Of a stretch of 64,000 nucleotides of DNA, positions 1 through 9,943 are shown in pieces. The stretch is from Thermodesulfovibrionales bacterium. GTDB taxonomy: Bacteria; Nitrospirota; Thermodesulfovibrionia; Thermodesulfovibrionales; UBA6898. Positions within the stretch are counted from its first letter, which is position 1. Each line of letters opens with the position of its first letter. Below the pieces are notes generated by a model. It saw only the letters and a program-made list of their open reading frames with translations, did no database searches and was not told the DNA's origin. Where the stretch lies: the NCBI GenBank assembly GCA_044450345.1, contig JBIOIY010000006.1, positions 29,696 to 93,695 of the forward strand, given 5' to 3'. The translations under genes and the position numbers were made by a program.

Positions 1-192
1 AGACCGGCCATCCAGTTTGCCATATAATACCTTCACCATCATCAAGCGACAATAACGATGTTCCCAGGACCGAATTTCGCCAAATAATCATCATGGATAC
101 TTTTCTCGATCGATTCAATAATGCTATAGTCAATCATGGGAAATCAATTTTATGAAATTATGTGCCAAGGCATATAATTTCTATGGCAGTTG

Positions 193-951
193 ATGAATAC
201 AAACTTTTGTCAAGATCAATTCGAAAATGCATATCCAGACGGCATAGAGCACCACTGGTGGCAGTTGGCGCGAAACAGCGTTATCGCACATGCGGTAAAG
301 ACGCTTGCTGTGCCTGATTCCGTTGTTCTGGATATAGGATGCGGGCGAGGGATTACAGTCAAATACCTGAGAGATAAAGGCATAAACTGTTCGGGCGTAG
401 AGATAGCAAGAACCTCCCCTGTTCCCGGTGCCGGGGAGTTTATTCGGGTCGGGGCCGATGTCATGGACCTCTCTCCCGCCGACCGACAGCGGTATGACAC
501 GCTTCTCTTGCTTGATGTCATTGAACATGTCCCTGATCCTATCTCTTTTCTCCAGAACCTGGCCGATGCATTTCCAAATATAGCCCATGTGATCTTTACT
601 GTTCCTGCCCGCCAGGAGTTGTGGTCGAATTATGATGAATTTTACTGCCATTTCAGGAGATACTCGCTGAAGATGGTCGAAGATCTCGCCGGCCGGCTCG
701 GCTGGAAGATCAGATGGCGAGGATACTTCTTCCGGTTGGTGTACCCCGCTGCGTATGTGCTCGCCAAGCTTGGGATAAAAAGGGAGACGAAGCTTACAGG
801 ACCAGGCGGTATAAGGAAGCTGGGACATAAGCTGATTTCATATATTATGATCCTTGACCGTCACATACTTCCGAGCCAATTGAGAGGCACAAGTATTCTC
901 GCATGCTTCTGCCCTCATAAGAACGTAACCGAGACATCACCTTCCATCTGA
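193..951 (+). CDS. Class I SAM-dependent methyltransferase
   Basis: VLDIGCGRG SAM motif I, LLDVIEH and TVPA...HFRRY motifs. ATG at 193 (TTG at 190 is an alternative). Confidence 0.85.
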   Translation: MNTNFCQDQFENAYPDGIEHHWWQLARNSVIAHAVKTLAVPDSVVLDIGCGRGITVKYLRDKGINCSGVEIARTSPVPGAGEFIRVGADVMDLSPADRQRYDTLLLLDVIEHVPDPISFLQNLADAFPNIAHVIFTVPARQELWSNYDEFYCHFRRYSLKMVEDLAGRLGWKIRWRGYFFRLVYPAAYVLAKLGIKRETKLTGPGGIRKLGHKLISYIMILDRHILPSQLRGTSILACFCPHKNVTETSPSI

Positions 952-1061
952 TCGGAAACGGAGGTTATAAAAGCCGGACGTCAATTTACGGCACGGCCGA
1001 TTCACTTATATTTGTGCCGTAGACCACCCCATACCTGAGTCATATGAATGTAAAAAATCTG

Positions 1062-1070
1062 TGGTATAAT
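1062..1070 (+). promoter_or_regulatory. Extended -10 sigma70 promoter element
   Basis: TGGTATAAT (TGn-TATAAT) 28 nt upstream of the ATG at 1099. Confidence 0.55.
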
Positions 1071-1098
1071 CTAAGAAATTTTAATCGCCAAAAATCTA

Positions 1099-4000
1099 AT
1101 GAAATACATCGGTCTTGACGCAGGCTCGGTAAGTGTCAAACTTGTTGTCTTCGATGAGGACGGCAAGATGCTGCATAGTTTTTATCAGCGGCATAAGGGA
1201 CAACCCCTGGTGCGCGCGCTTGAAATATTAATAAAAGTCTCAGAACATGATGCAGAAGCAGGGGGTAAGGACCTTTCACTCTCCCTTACCGGTTCGGCAG
1301 GCAGGCTGATCGGCCAAATACTCGCCATCGAACCTGTCAACGAAGTCGTAGCATATGCCTATGCCACCCGCAGGCTTTATCCCCACGTCAAATCGATAAT
1401 CGAACTCGGCGGCGAAGATTCAAAACTCATCATCGTGGACGAAGACTCCCTTTCAGCAAAAGATTTCGCGATGAATTCCGTCTGCGCGGCAGGCACGGGC
1501 TCTTTCCTCGACCAGCAGGCAGAGAGGCTCAGGCTTTCCATCGAGGAATTCAGCGCGCTCTGCCTGAAATCGAAAAAGCCGCCGCGGATCGCCGGGAGAT
1601 GCAGTGTCTTCGCAAAATCCGATATGATCCATCTCCAGCAGATCGCAACCCCCGTAGAGGACATCGTCGCAGGACTCTGTTTCGCCGTTGCAAGAAACTT
1701 CAAGGGTTCCATCGCCAGGGGGAGAGAGATACTTTCCCCTGTATCTTTCCAGGGTGGTGTCGCCGCAAACTCCGGCATGGTCAGGGCATTTAAGGAGGTG
1801 TTCGGTCTTGAAGACCTCGTTGTGCCCGAAGAGCATGCATTGATGGGGGCCATCGGAGCAGCGTTAAGGAACATGGAGGCAAAGAGACCTCAGCCTTTCG
1901 ATTTGCGGAAGTTAGAGGAATTCGTGAATTCGAGCAGGCCCTCTGAAAAAGGGCATAAACCTCTGGTACAAAAGGGGGAAGACTTCTTTGAAAGGCACCA
2001 TAAAGCAGATGAAGAGATGGAAAGAAAGATCGAAAAGCTGGAAAATGGAGGTCCTTCACGAATAAATGCCTATCTCGGCGTAGATATCGGCTCGATAAGC
2101 ACGAACCTCGCGGTCATAGATGAGAATTGCCGGTTGTTGGCCAAGCGTTATCTGATGACCGCCGGCAGGCCGATCGAGGCGGTCAAACAAGGGCTGGAGG
2201 AAATAGGCGATGAATTAGGGGAAGAAGTGGTGATCTGTGGTGTCGGGACAACGGGGTCGGGGAGATATATGATCGCGGATTACGTGGGGGCAGACATCGT
2301 AAAAAACGAGATCACGGCGCAGGCGACTGCGGCTGTCTTCATTGATAATAACGTCGACACTATTTTCGAGATCGGCGGCCAGGACTCCAAGTACATATCC
2401 CTCAAAAACGGCGTGATAGTCGATTTCGAGATGAACAAAGCCTGCGCTGCAGGCACAGGCTCTTTTCTCGAGGAACAGGCCGAAAAACTCAACATCCCTA
2501 TAAAGAAAGAATTTGAGCGACTTGCATTGAAGGCATCGAGTCCTTGCAGACTCGGGGAGAGGTGCACGGTCTTCATGGAGAATTCACTGATGGCCAGCCT
2601 TCAGCGCGGCGCCAACAGGGAAGACCTGCTGGCAGGACTTTCATATTCTATTGTGCAAAATTATATCAACCGCGTTGTCGTCAAGCGGCCGATCGGGCAG
2701 AAGATTTTTTTCCAGGGCGGAGTAGCATTCAATAAATCGGTAGTCGCGGCTTTCGAAAAATACCTTGACAGGCAGATTACCGTGCCGCCGAACCATGATG
2801 TGACGGGCGCCATAGGCATGGGGCTGATCGCGATGAAGCATATGAGGGAAAGGAACACGGTCGCCACGAATTTTAAGGGTTTCGGGTTATCAAAGAGGCC
2901 CTATGAGATATCCTCCTTCGAATGCAAAGGATGCCCGAACGTATGTGAGATCAACCGGGTAAAAATCGAAGGTGAGAAGGGCTATCTCTTTTACGGCGGC
3001 AGGTGCGAGAAGTATGATGTGAAAAAGGACCGGAAAGAAAATAACCTCCCCGACCTCTTCGCCTTGAGGGAGGGATGGCTCTGGAAGGCTCATCTTGAGA
3101 GACAGGCCAGTATGGGCGCTGTCACCTCTGCCGTACATTCAATAACTAAAAGTGGGGCTCCGCGAACAAAAATAGGTATTCCCTATATATTCTATTTTCA
3201 TGACTACCTCCCCTTCTGGACAACGCTTTTATGGGAACTGGGATTCGAGGTAGAAGTGTCCGGCAAGACCGACAGAAACATCGTAGACCTAGGGCTTGAG
3301 AGCGTGCTTTCCGAGACATGTTTCCCTGTAAAAACCGCTCATGGGCATATCAAGCATCTTCTTGATCGGGGGGTGGAAACGATATTTGTCCCGAGCTTCG
3401 TTAATCTGAATGTACCGGGAGACGCTTTCGAGAGGGGATTTGCCTGTCCCTACACCCAGACGATCCCGTATTCTGCCCGGATCGCATTTAAGAAAGCGCG
3501 TCTTCTGACGCCGGTCATCGATATGAGCAGAGGAAAAGCCTTCCTTAAAAAAGAACTTCTGAAGGTCCTCAAGCCTTTTAAGATCAGCTCGTCGCAGATA
3601 TCGAAAGCCCTCACGACTGCGCAGGGGGCGCAGGAAAAATTCCAGAGGCAGGTCAGGAACGAGGGAGAAAAAATCCTTTCGTCTTTAAAGGAACGGGCCG
3701 TAGTTATCACGGGAAGGGCATACAATTCCTTTGACAAAGGCATGAACCTGAACATCCCGAAGAAGCTTGCGGACCTTGGAGTACTCTCGATACCCATGGA
3801 TTTCCTTCCCCTTGAATCTTCCGATATCGACCGGGATTGGCCCAACATGTATTGGCGGGCCGGCCAGAGGATATTGAGCGCAGCGAGGACCGTGAGGGAC
3901 AACCCCTTGCTCCACTCGGTCTATATAGGCAACTTTTCCTGCGGCCCCGACTCTTTCATCATCAAGTTCTATGAGGAGGAGATGTCCGGAAAACCATATC

Positions 4001-5352
4001 TTCATCTCGAGATAGATGCACACAGCGCCGATGCCGGGGCCGTCACACGGTGCGAGGCGTTCCTCGACAGCATCGAAAATGAAGGGGTCAGAAATCAGGG
4101 GGCGGGGGGCCGGAGAGCCGCTGCGACAAAAAAATCGCTTCACTCCTCGCCTCTTACTCGTCACTCAAAACGGACTATTTACATCCCCCGGATGTCAGAC
4201 CATGCCTTCGCCCTTGCTGCGGCATTCGAATACTGCGGGGTTGATGCCGAGGTACTCCCGGAATCTTCAAAGGATGCCGTGGACCTCGGCAAGAAATTCG
4301 TCTCGGGTAAAGAGTGCTACCCCTGCGCGGTGACGACCGGCGACATGGTGAAAAAGATATCGGGACCCGGTTTTGTTCCGGAGAGATCGGCCTTCTTTAT
4401 GCCCTCCGGCGCCGGTCCCTGCAGATTCGGTCAGTACAATGTATTTCACAGGCTCGTAATAAAAGAACTGGGGTATGAAGATGTCCCCGTATTTTCGCCC
4501 AACCAGGACGAAAACTTCTATGAACATCTCGGCGCAATCAGCAGGAATTTTGCTATGAGGTCCTGGAAGGGCATTATCGCCCTCGAACTTCTTCATAAAT
4601 GTCTGCACGAAACACGCCCTTATGAAATCGACAGAGGTTCCTCTGATGCGATATACGGCAACTACCTCCGGCGGGCCTGCCAATCCATTAAAGGCGCCGA
4701 CGGCGCTATCGGGAAACTCCTCGGAAAAGCCAGGGCCGACTTCGAAAACGTCCGGAAGACCCGGGACAGGAAACCACTCATAGGGATCGTGGGCGAAATA
4801 TTCGTGCGGTCCAATAGGTTCTCCAATGAAGACCTGGCAAGAAAGATCGAGGCCCTCGGCGGCGAGGCATATCTCGCACCGGTTGAAGAATGGATATCGT
4901 ACGTCAACTATATGGCCCTGCGGAGGGTCTTGATAAAAAAAGATTGGTCTGGTATCATTAGTCTTCTGTTGAAGAGGTTCTTTCAAAAGAGGATCGAGCA
5001 CGGACTAGGAAGGCAATTCGCGGGTTTTCTGCAAAACCCGGACGAGCCGGATACAAAAGAGATATTGGCAAAAGCGGGTCCTTACCTCCACTCCTCCTTT
5101 GAGGGGGAGGCAATCCTCAGCATAGGCAAGAGCATCGACCTCATACATAGGGGGGCATCCGGCCTTGTAAATGCCATGCCCTTTGGATGTATGCCGGGCA
5201 CGATCGTCAGCGGGTTGATGCGCGGCATCAGTACGGACTTTGGCGTCCCGTGTCTCAGCATACCCTATGACGGCACGGAGTCTCTGACAACGGAGATCCA
5301 GTTAGAGGCGTTCATGGACCAGGCCAGAGAATATAAAAGCAAAAAAAGATAA
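1099..5352 (+). CDS. Acyl-CoA dehydratase activase fusion (two BadF/BadG/BcrA/BcrD ATPase domains plus C-terminal dehydratase-like domains)
   Basis: Two GxDxGS...GG(E/Q)DSK...CAAGTGSFL ASKHA repeats, a CKGCPNVC motif, then CFP, SCGPD, CYP, GPCRFGQY and PFGCMP motifs. Confidence 0.85.
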   Translation: MKYIGLDAGSVSVKLVVFDEDGKMLHSFYQRHKGQPLVRALEILIKVSEHDAEAGGKDLSLSLTGSAGRLIGQILAIEPVNEVVAYAYATRRLYPHVKSIIELGGEDSKLIIVDEDSLSAKDFAMNSVCAAGTGSFLDQQAERLRLSIEEFSALCLKSKKPPRIAGRCSVFAKSDMIHLQQIATPVEDIVAGLCFAVARNFKGSIARGREILSPVSFQGGVAANSGMVRAFKEVFGLEDLVVPEEHALMGAIGAALRNMEAKRPQPFDLRKLEEFVNSSRPSEKGHKPLVQKGEDFFERHHKADEEMERKIEKLENGGPSRINAYLGVDIGSISTNLAVIDENCRLLAKRYLMTAGRPIEAVKQGLEEIGDELGEEVVICGVGTTGSGRYMIADYVGADIVKNEITAQATAAVFIDNNVDTIFEIGGQDSKYISLKNGVIVDFEMNKACAAGTGSFLEEQAEKLNIPIKKEFERLALKASSPCRLGERCTVFMENSLMASLQRGANREDLLAGLSYSIVQNYINRVVVKRPIGQKIFFQGGVAFNKSVVAAFEKYLDRQITVPPNHDVTGAIGMGLIAMKHMRERNTVATNFKGFGLSKRPYEISSFECKGCPNVCEINRVKIEGEKGYLFYGGRCEKYDVKKDRKENNLPDLFALREGWLWKAHLERQASMGAVTSAVHSITKSGAPRTKIGIPYIFYFHDYLPFWTTLLWELGFEVEVSGKTDRNIVDLGLESVLSETCFPVKTAHGHIKHLLDRGVETIFVPSFVNLNVPGDAFERGFACPYTQTIPYSARIAFKKARLLTPVIDMSRGKAFLKKELLKVLKPFKISSSQISKALTTAQGAQEKFQRQVRNEGEKILSSLKERAVVITGRAYNSFDKGMNLNIPKKLADLGVLSIPMDFLPLESSDIDRDWPNMYWRAGQRILSAARTVRDNPLLHSVYIGNFSCGPDSFIIKFYEEEMSGKPYLHLEIDAHSADAGAVTRCEAFLDSIENEGVRNQGAGGRRAAATKKSLHSSPLTRHSKRTIYIPRMSDHAFALAAAFEYCGVDAEVLPESSKDAVDLGKKFVSGKECYPCAVTTGDMVKKISGPGFVPERSAFFMPSGAGPCRFGQYNVFHRLVIKELGYEDVPVFSPNQDENFYEHLGAISRNFAMRSWKGIIALELLHKCLHETRPYEIDRGSSDAIYGNYLRRACQSIKGADGAIGKLLGKARADFENVRKTRDRKPLIGIVGEIFVRSNRFSNEDLARKIEALGGEAYLAPVEEWISYVNYMALRRVLIKKDWSGIISLLLKRFFQKRIEHGLGRQFAGFLQNPDEPDTKEILAKAGPYLHSSFEGEAILSIGKSIDLIHRGASGLVNAMPFGCMPGTIVSGLMRGISTDFGVPCLSIPYDGTESLTTEIQLEAFMDQAREYKSKKR

Positions 5353-5457
5353 ATGATGGATAATAGAAGTAGCAGTAAAGAGAGATTTGTCATACTTTTT
5401 CTTATTTTTCTGCTTGCTGCTTACTCTAAATTTTAACTATAAAAAGGAGGTGAGTCC

Positions 5458-5556
5458 GTGGGGAGCGTTGTAAAATGGCGTAAGAAAAAAATGAGCAAGC
5501 ACAAACACAAGAAGCTGCTCAAGAAGACCAAACATCAAAGAAGAAGGAATAAATAA
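5458..5556 (+). CDS. Small basic AURKAIP1/COX24-domain protein (bS22/mS38-like ribosomal protein), 32 aa, absent from the ORF track
   Basis: Strong SD AAGGAGGTGA at 5444-5453, GTG start, translation MGSVVKWRKKKMSKHKHKKLLKKTKHQRRRNK. Confidence 0.85.
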   Translation: MGSVVKWRKKKMSKHKHKKLLKKTKHQRRRNK

Positions 5557-5609
5557 AGGTTGGACATCTTGTCGCTTTCATACTTTATTTCATTATTTCA
5601 GGATAAGCT

Positions 5610-6359
5610 CTATTCGGACCTCTGCACGTCCGCAGGGAAACGGGTCACTCTTATCCCCGCAAACGGCATTCTCGATAGGTAATCCCTAAAGAGGACTTTT
5701 TTTACGCTGCCGCCTGTCTCTTTTCTACCGTTCGCATGGATCAGATAGACTTTGCCGGCCTCTTTCTTGATGATCCCGATGTGACCAACAATCACTCCGG
5801 CCGCGATCTTCTCCGGAGGATTTACAAAGAAGACGATATCGCCGCTCCTGAGACCGCCGAAGGATCCGGCGGCATCGCCCGGCACGATGAATGCGGTCGC
5901 CTTCCCCGAAGGCCCCGCAACAGTGAGGGTCTCCCCCAGAGTCGGCGTTATCTCTTTCCCCCACTTGCCGCTCTCGATCATCTCTTCGCCGTATTGAAAC
6001 CTGTCTCCATAGTTGACAACCTTGCCGTCCTCAACCTTGCCGCCGTGAAGAAAACGAATGTCGAGAGCAATGCGCAGGGAATCGTCGGGATCTTTCCCAA
6101 GGGCGAGTTCGACGGCCCTGAAGGTCAGATACATGCAGTCCACCCTGTCATCCGCGACGATAACACTTTTCCTCACATACTCTCCAAGCGGGTCCGTGTC
6201 ATAGGGTGTTCCGACAAACTGCTCTCCCCAGAAGGCGATGCGCTCGCCCGCCGGCAACACCCTGGTTTCCCTCTGAAGGGCCGCCACATCGACTCCCGAC
6301 GTAAAGGCCGCTGCCAGAGAGCATGGCGCAAGAAGCATGAAAAGGAGCAACCGTAACAT
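5610..6359 (-). CDS. Secreted DUF1460 / NlpC-P60-like amidase-like protein
   Basis: Signal peptide; FVGTPY, VDC, HIGII and LIHA motifs. Confidence 0.75.
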   Translation of the reverse strand: MLRLLLFMLLAPCSLAAAFTSGVDVAALQRETRVLPAGERIAFWGEQFVGTPYDTDPLGEYVRKSVIVADDRVDCMYLTFRAVELALGKDPDDSLRIALDIRFLHGGKVEDGKVVNYGDRFQYGEEMIESGKWGKEITPTLGETLTVAGPSGKATAFIVPGDAAGSFGGLRSGDIVFFVNPPEKIAAGVIVGHIGIIKKEAGKVYLIHANGRKETGGSVKKVLFRDYLSRMPFAGIRVTRFPADVQRSE

Positions 6360-6421
6360 TTCTTATTATAATCGCAACAAAACTTTTGAAACAACGCGGC
6401 CCGATAGGGTATTATTCATAG

Positions 6422-7426
6422 ATGATCAAACCTTTTTCTACGACGGGGATAGGCAGCCTGCCACACGTAAATGCTGAAGATGCGTGCAGGCTCATCCTTG
6501 ACACGTTCGACATCCCCTTCTGGCCTCAGCTTCCGCGGACATCATTCAGGGAATTCATGGTCCCTCAGTATTCCGAGGGTATGCCTTTTGTCAAGACAGA
6601 CCCGGAGAAGCAGACGGTCTGGGTCGAAAGAGGCCCTTCTGATGAACTCGAACGGTTCTATGAAGGATGGAAAGAAGAAAGCCGTATAGCGATATCAGAA
6701 GACTATGCAAAGGGCCTTCACGCCTTTCTGCATATCATCAAAAACAAGAAATTTGAATTCCTGAAAGGCCATGTGACCGGCCCCCTGACATTCACGCTTG
6801 GGCTGAAGGATACAGGGGGAAAACCGATATATTTCGACGAGGAACTGCGGGAGATAGCCCTGATGCTTCTGAAGGCCAAAACGAGGTGGCAGATCGATAC
6901 CCTGAAGGTCCACGCCGGAAAGGTGATCGTATTTATCGATGAGCCGATCCTCTCTGCCCTTGGCGGTTCGGCCTATCTCGGCGTCAGTGAAGTAGAAAGT
7001 ATGAGGCTGATCGCAGAGATGGCGGAAGTCATACGCTTCGAAGGCGGCATACCGGGCATTCATTGCTGCGGCAACGCAAACTGGCCGCTCGTGATCCGAT
7101 GCGGGGCGGACATCATCAACTTCGACGCCTATGACTATGTCGATACGATCGCCCTGTACCCCGAAGAGTTCAGGAGATTTCTCGAAAGGGGTGGGTCACT
7201 CGCATGGGGGATCGTCCCCACATCGGATGCGATAACCCTTGAAACCCCGGATTCGGTGATCAAACGGTTTCGTGAAGGAATCGAGAAGCTTTCCCGGCAT
7301 TACCCGGAGGAACTCCTCCTTTCGCGCATACTCATAACGCCTTCGTGCGGCACCGGGTCGCGGACCGTTGAAGAAACACTCAAGGTCTTTCAGATCCTGA
7401 TGAGGCTGAAAGAGGCCTTAGCGTGA
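6422..7426 (+). CDS. Core (single-domain) MetE-type methionine synthase, MesB-like
   Basis: TGIGSLPH, GPLT, DEP, HCC and TPSCG motifs; 334 aa with no N-terminal folate-binding half. Confidence 0.7.
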   Translation: MIKPFSTTGIGSLPHVNAEDACRLILDTFDIPFWPQLPRTSFREFMVPQYSEGMPFVKTDPEKQTVWVERGPSDELERFYEGWKEESRIAISEDYAKGLHAFLHIIKNKKFEFLKGHVTGPLTFTLGLKDTGGKPIYFDEELREIALMLLKAKTRWQIDTLKVHAGKVIVFIDEPILSALGGSAYLGVSEVESMRLIAEMAEVIRFEGGIPGIHCCGNANWPLVIRCGADIINFDAYDYVDTIALYPEEFRRFLERGGSLAWGIVPTSDAITLETPDSVIKRFREGIEKLSRHYPEELLLSRILITPSCGTGSRTVEETLKVFQILMRLKEALA

Positions 7427-8055
7427 AGGGCATCTTCATATCTTTAGAGGGAATCGAGGGCACCGGCAAATCTACGCAGACAGAGCTCCTTGCGGAATAC
7501 CTCAGGAGCAAAGGGTACGGGGTCACAAAGACGGCGGAGCCCGGAGGCACCAGGATAAGCCTCAAGATAAGGGATCTCCTTCTTTCCACCGACAGTACCG
7601 ACATGGACCCTCTCACAGAGTTGCTGCTCTACAACGCCGCGCGGGTCCAGCATATAAAAGAGATTATCATGCCGGCGTTGCTAAGGGGAGACGTGGTGGT
7701 TACCGACAGGTTCAGCGATTCGACAACGGCCTATCAGGGATACGGCAGAGGCATCGACCTTAAACTCATCGATGCCCTCGATGCCGTCACCACTAATAGA
7801 TTGAGGCCGCATCTTACGGTACTCCTGGATATCGACGTCGAAACCGGATTAGCGAGGAACCGAAAGATACAGAAATACGATCGGCTCGAACTTGAAGAAG
7901 TCTCCTTTCATGAAAGAGTGAGGAAGGGGTTTATAAGTATCGCTGCAAAGGAACAGGAGCGGGTAACGCTGATCGACTGCTCCGGGGACATAGAAACAGT
8001 GCACAAAAAAGTCGTCGGTATTGTGGAAGCTTTTCTGGAAACGTTTCGCAAATGA
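7423..8055 (+). CDS. tmk: Thymidylate kinase
   Basis: EGIEGTGKSTQ P-loop; DRF..ST.AYQG motif. Confidence 0.95.
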   Translation: MKGIFISLEGIEGTGKSTQTELLAEYLRSKGYGVTKTAEPGGTRISLKIRDLLLSTDSTDMDPLTELLLYNAARVQHIKEIIMPALLRGDVVVTDRFSDSTTAYQGYGRGIDLKLIDALDAVTTNRLRPHLTVLLDIDVETGLARNRKIQKYDRLELEEVSFHERVRKGFISIAAKEQERVTLIDCSGDIETVHKKVVGIVEAFLETFRK

Positions 8056-8091
8056 ACCACGAAGGCGCAATGCCCACAGGGTGTAAAAGCC

Positions 8092-9075
8092 GTGTCGCTT
8101 AAAGATATCGTCGGGCAGGAAAAGGCGGTCCTGATGCTTTTGGGGATTCTCAGGAGACAGAAGGTCGCATCTTCCTATCTTTTCTGCGGAGAGGCCGGAG
8201 TGGGCAAGAAAACCGCCGCGATCGATTTCGCAAAGGCGGTAAACTGTCTCAGTCCGAGATCCCCCGGTCCGCAATTTCCGGCTGACGGCCCTGTTGATGC
8301 CTGTGACGGATGCGAATCGTGTGAAAAGATCAATGCGGGCGTCCATCCTGATTTTCTCCTTGTATCTCCGGAGGAGAGACTCATAAGGATAGAGGAGATC
8401 CGCATGGTGGACGAGACGCTTTCTTATAAACCTTTCGAGGGAAGAAAAAAAACAGTCATCGTCGACGATGCCGAGACAATGAACATCTCGGCCGCAAACG
8501 CATTTTTGAAAACGCTTGAAGAGCCTCCGGAGGACAGCGTCATTATCCTAATCTCTTCCAAGCCTGACCTGCTCCCCGCGACGATACGGTCGCGCTGTTC
8601 CCGGATCAACTTCTCCCCCCTGCCGACGGACGCCTGCATGCGGGTGCTTTCCGGTAAAGAAACAGACACTGAAAAACTTTCCCTGGCGGTCAGACTATCG
8701 ATGGGTCGGCCGGGGACTGCACTGTCCGCCGATCTCGCGGAGGAAAGGACGTGGTTTCTGAACCTCTTCAGGGGGATGTTGCACGCTGAAAAAGACGGGT
8801 GGTCGTCGCGTGACGATATGGAACGCTGGTTCGACCATGTGCTGGTCTTCTTCAGGGACATGACCGTCCTGAAGATAACGAAAGATCCCGCACGTCTGAT
8901 CAATGCCGACCTTGAAGCGTATTTCTCAGACTTGAGCAAATCCGTTGACGTAAAAGTTATAATATATATTTATCAGGAATTGAGCCGGATAAGAAGGCTG
9001 TTGTCGTTCAATCTCAACAAGTCAATCACATGGAATTACACAGCCTCGATGTTGAGAAAGGTACTGGTGTTTTAG
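8092..9075 (+). CDS. holB: DNA polymerase III delta' subunit
   Basis: GVGK, Cys cluster, HPD, AANAFLKTLEEPP and TIRSRC motifs; follows tmk. Confidence 0.93.
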   Translation: MSLKDIVGQEKAVLMLLGILRRQKVASSYLFCGEAGVGKKTAAIDFAKAVNCLSPRSPGPQFPADGPVDACDGCESCEKINAGVHPDFLLVSPEERLIRIEEIRMVDETLSYKPFEGRKKTVIVDDAETMNISAANAFLKTLEEPPEDSVIILISSKPDLLPATIRSRCSRINFSPLPTDACMRVLSGKETDTEKLSLAVRLSMGRPGTALSADLAEERTWFLNLFRGMLHAEKDGWSSRDDMERWFDHVLVFFRDMTVLKITKDPARLINADLEAYFSDLSKSVDVKVIIYIYQELSRIRRLLSFNLNKSITWNYTASMLRKVLVF

Positions 9076-9076
9076 A

Positions 9077-9943
9077 ATGCCGAATGTAATCGGAATACGA
9101 TTTAAGAGCTGCGGGAAAATATATGATTTCGAGGTGGACGGACTTGAAGTCACCAAGGGAGACCGCGTTATCGTGGAGTCCGAATTCGGACTGAGCATAG
9201 GCCAGGTAATCACGGGCCCCGTTTCCATTGATATGCCTGAAAAAGACCTGAAAAAAGTCCTTCGTGTGGCGACTGAAGAGGACCTCAGGCAGAAGCAGGA
9301 CAATGAAAAGTTCGAGCGCGAAGCCAGGAGTTTCTGCATCGAGAGGATCATGGCGCGGGGGCTTCCTATGAAGCTGGTCTGTTCTGAGGTGACGCTCGAC
9401 CGTAAAAGGATCGTTTTTTATTTTACCGCCGACGGCAGGATAGATTTCAGGGAACTCGTAAAAGACCTCGCCGCAAAATTCAAGACACGGATCGAGATGC
9501 GACAGATCGGCGTACGCGATAAGGCAAAAATGGTGGGGGGGCTCGGCCTCTGCGGAAAAGAGCTTTGCTGCAAGCTGTTCCTAACCTCCTTCGAGCCCAT
9601 TTCGATAAAGATGGCAAAGCAGCAGGAACTTGTTCTGAATACCGGTAAACTCTCGGGCATCTGCGGGAGGTTGATGTGCTGTCTGGGATATGAGTATAAC
9701 GAAGGCGGCGATGCTACCGCGCGGACGGACGAGAAGGCCATCCTCCTGAAGGAAGAGGAAGTGGCGTCCGATTCCGTTGCGGAATCCTTGATCGGCCCTG
9801 AAGTCCCCTGCTGCACCGACGTGCAGCCTGCGGGCATCGCTCCGGCCCAGCCGGAGAAACAGGGTGAAAAGAAAAAGCCCGAGGGGTTCAGAAAACATAA
9901 GAGAAGAAGGAGATACAGGAAGAAGGCCCACAAGGATGAATAA
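9077..9943 (+). CDS. ricT: PSP1 / RicT (YaaT) family protein
   Basis: RIDFRELVKDLA, RIEMRQIGVRD, CGKELCC and CGRLMCCL motifs; lies between holB and metG. Confidence 0.88.
   Translation: MPNVIGIRFKSCGKIYDFEVDGLEVTKGDRVIVESEFGLSIGQVITGPVSIDMPEKDLKKVLRVATEEDLRQKQDNEKFEREARSFCIERIMARGLPMKLVCSEVTLDRKRIVFYFTADGRIDFRELVKDLAAKFKTRIEMRQIGVRDKAKMVGGLGLCGKELCCKLFLTSFEPISIKMAKQQELVLNTGKLSGICGRLMCCLGYEYNEGGDATARTDEKAILLKEEEVASDSVAESLIGPEVPCCTDVQPAGIAPAQPEKQGEKKKPEGFRKHKRRRRYRKKAHKDE

Noticed and set aside
1..138. Short minus-strand ORFs at the window edge (MIDYSIIES..., MMVKVLYG...)
   Set aside because: Too short or truncated, with no recognisable motif.
153..169. Sigma54-like TTGGCAC on the minus strand
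   Set aside because: The -12 position reads CA instead of GC.
181..828. Long antisense ORFs in the track (also 4267-5001, 16854-17564, 52468-53379, 56483-57577, 60802-61587)
   Set aside because: Shadows of well-supported genes on the opposite strand, with no motifs of their own.
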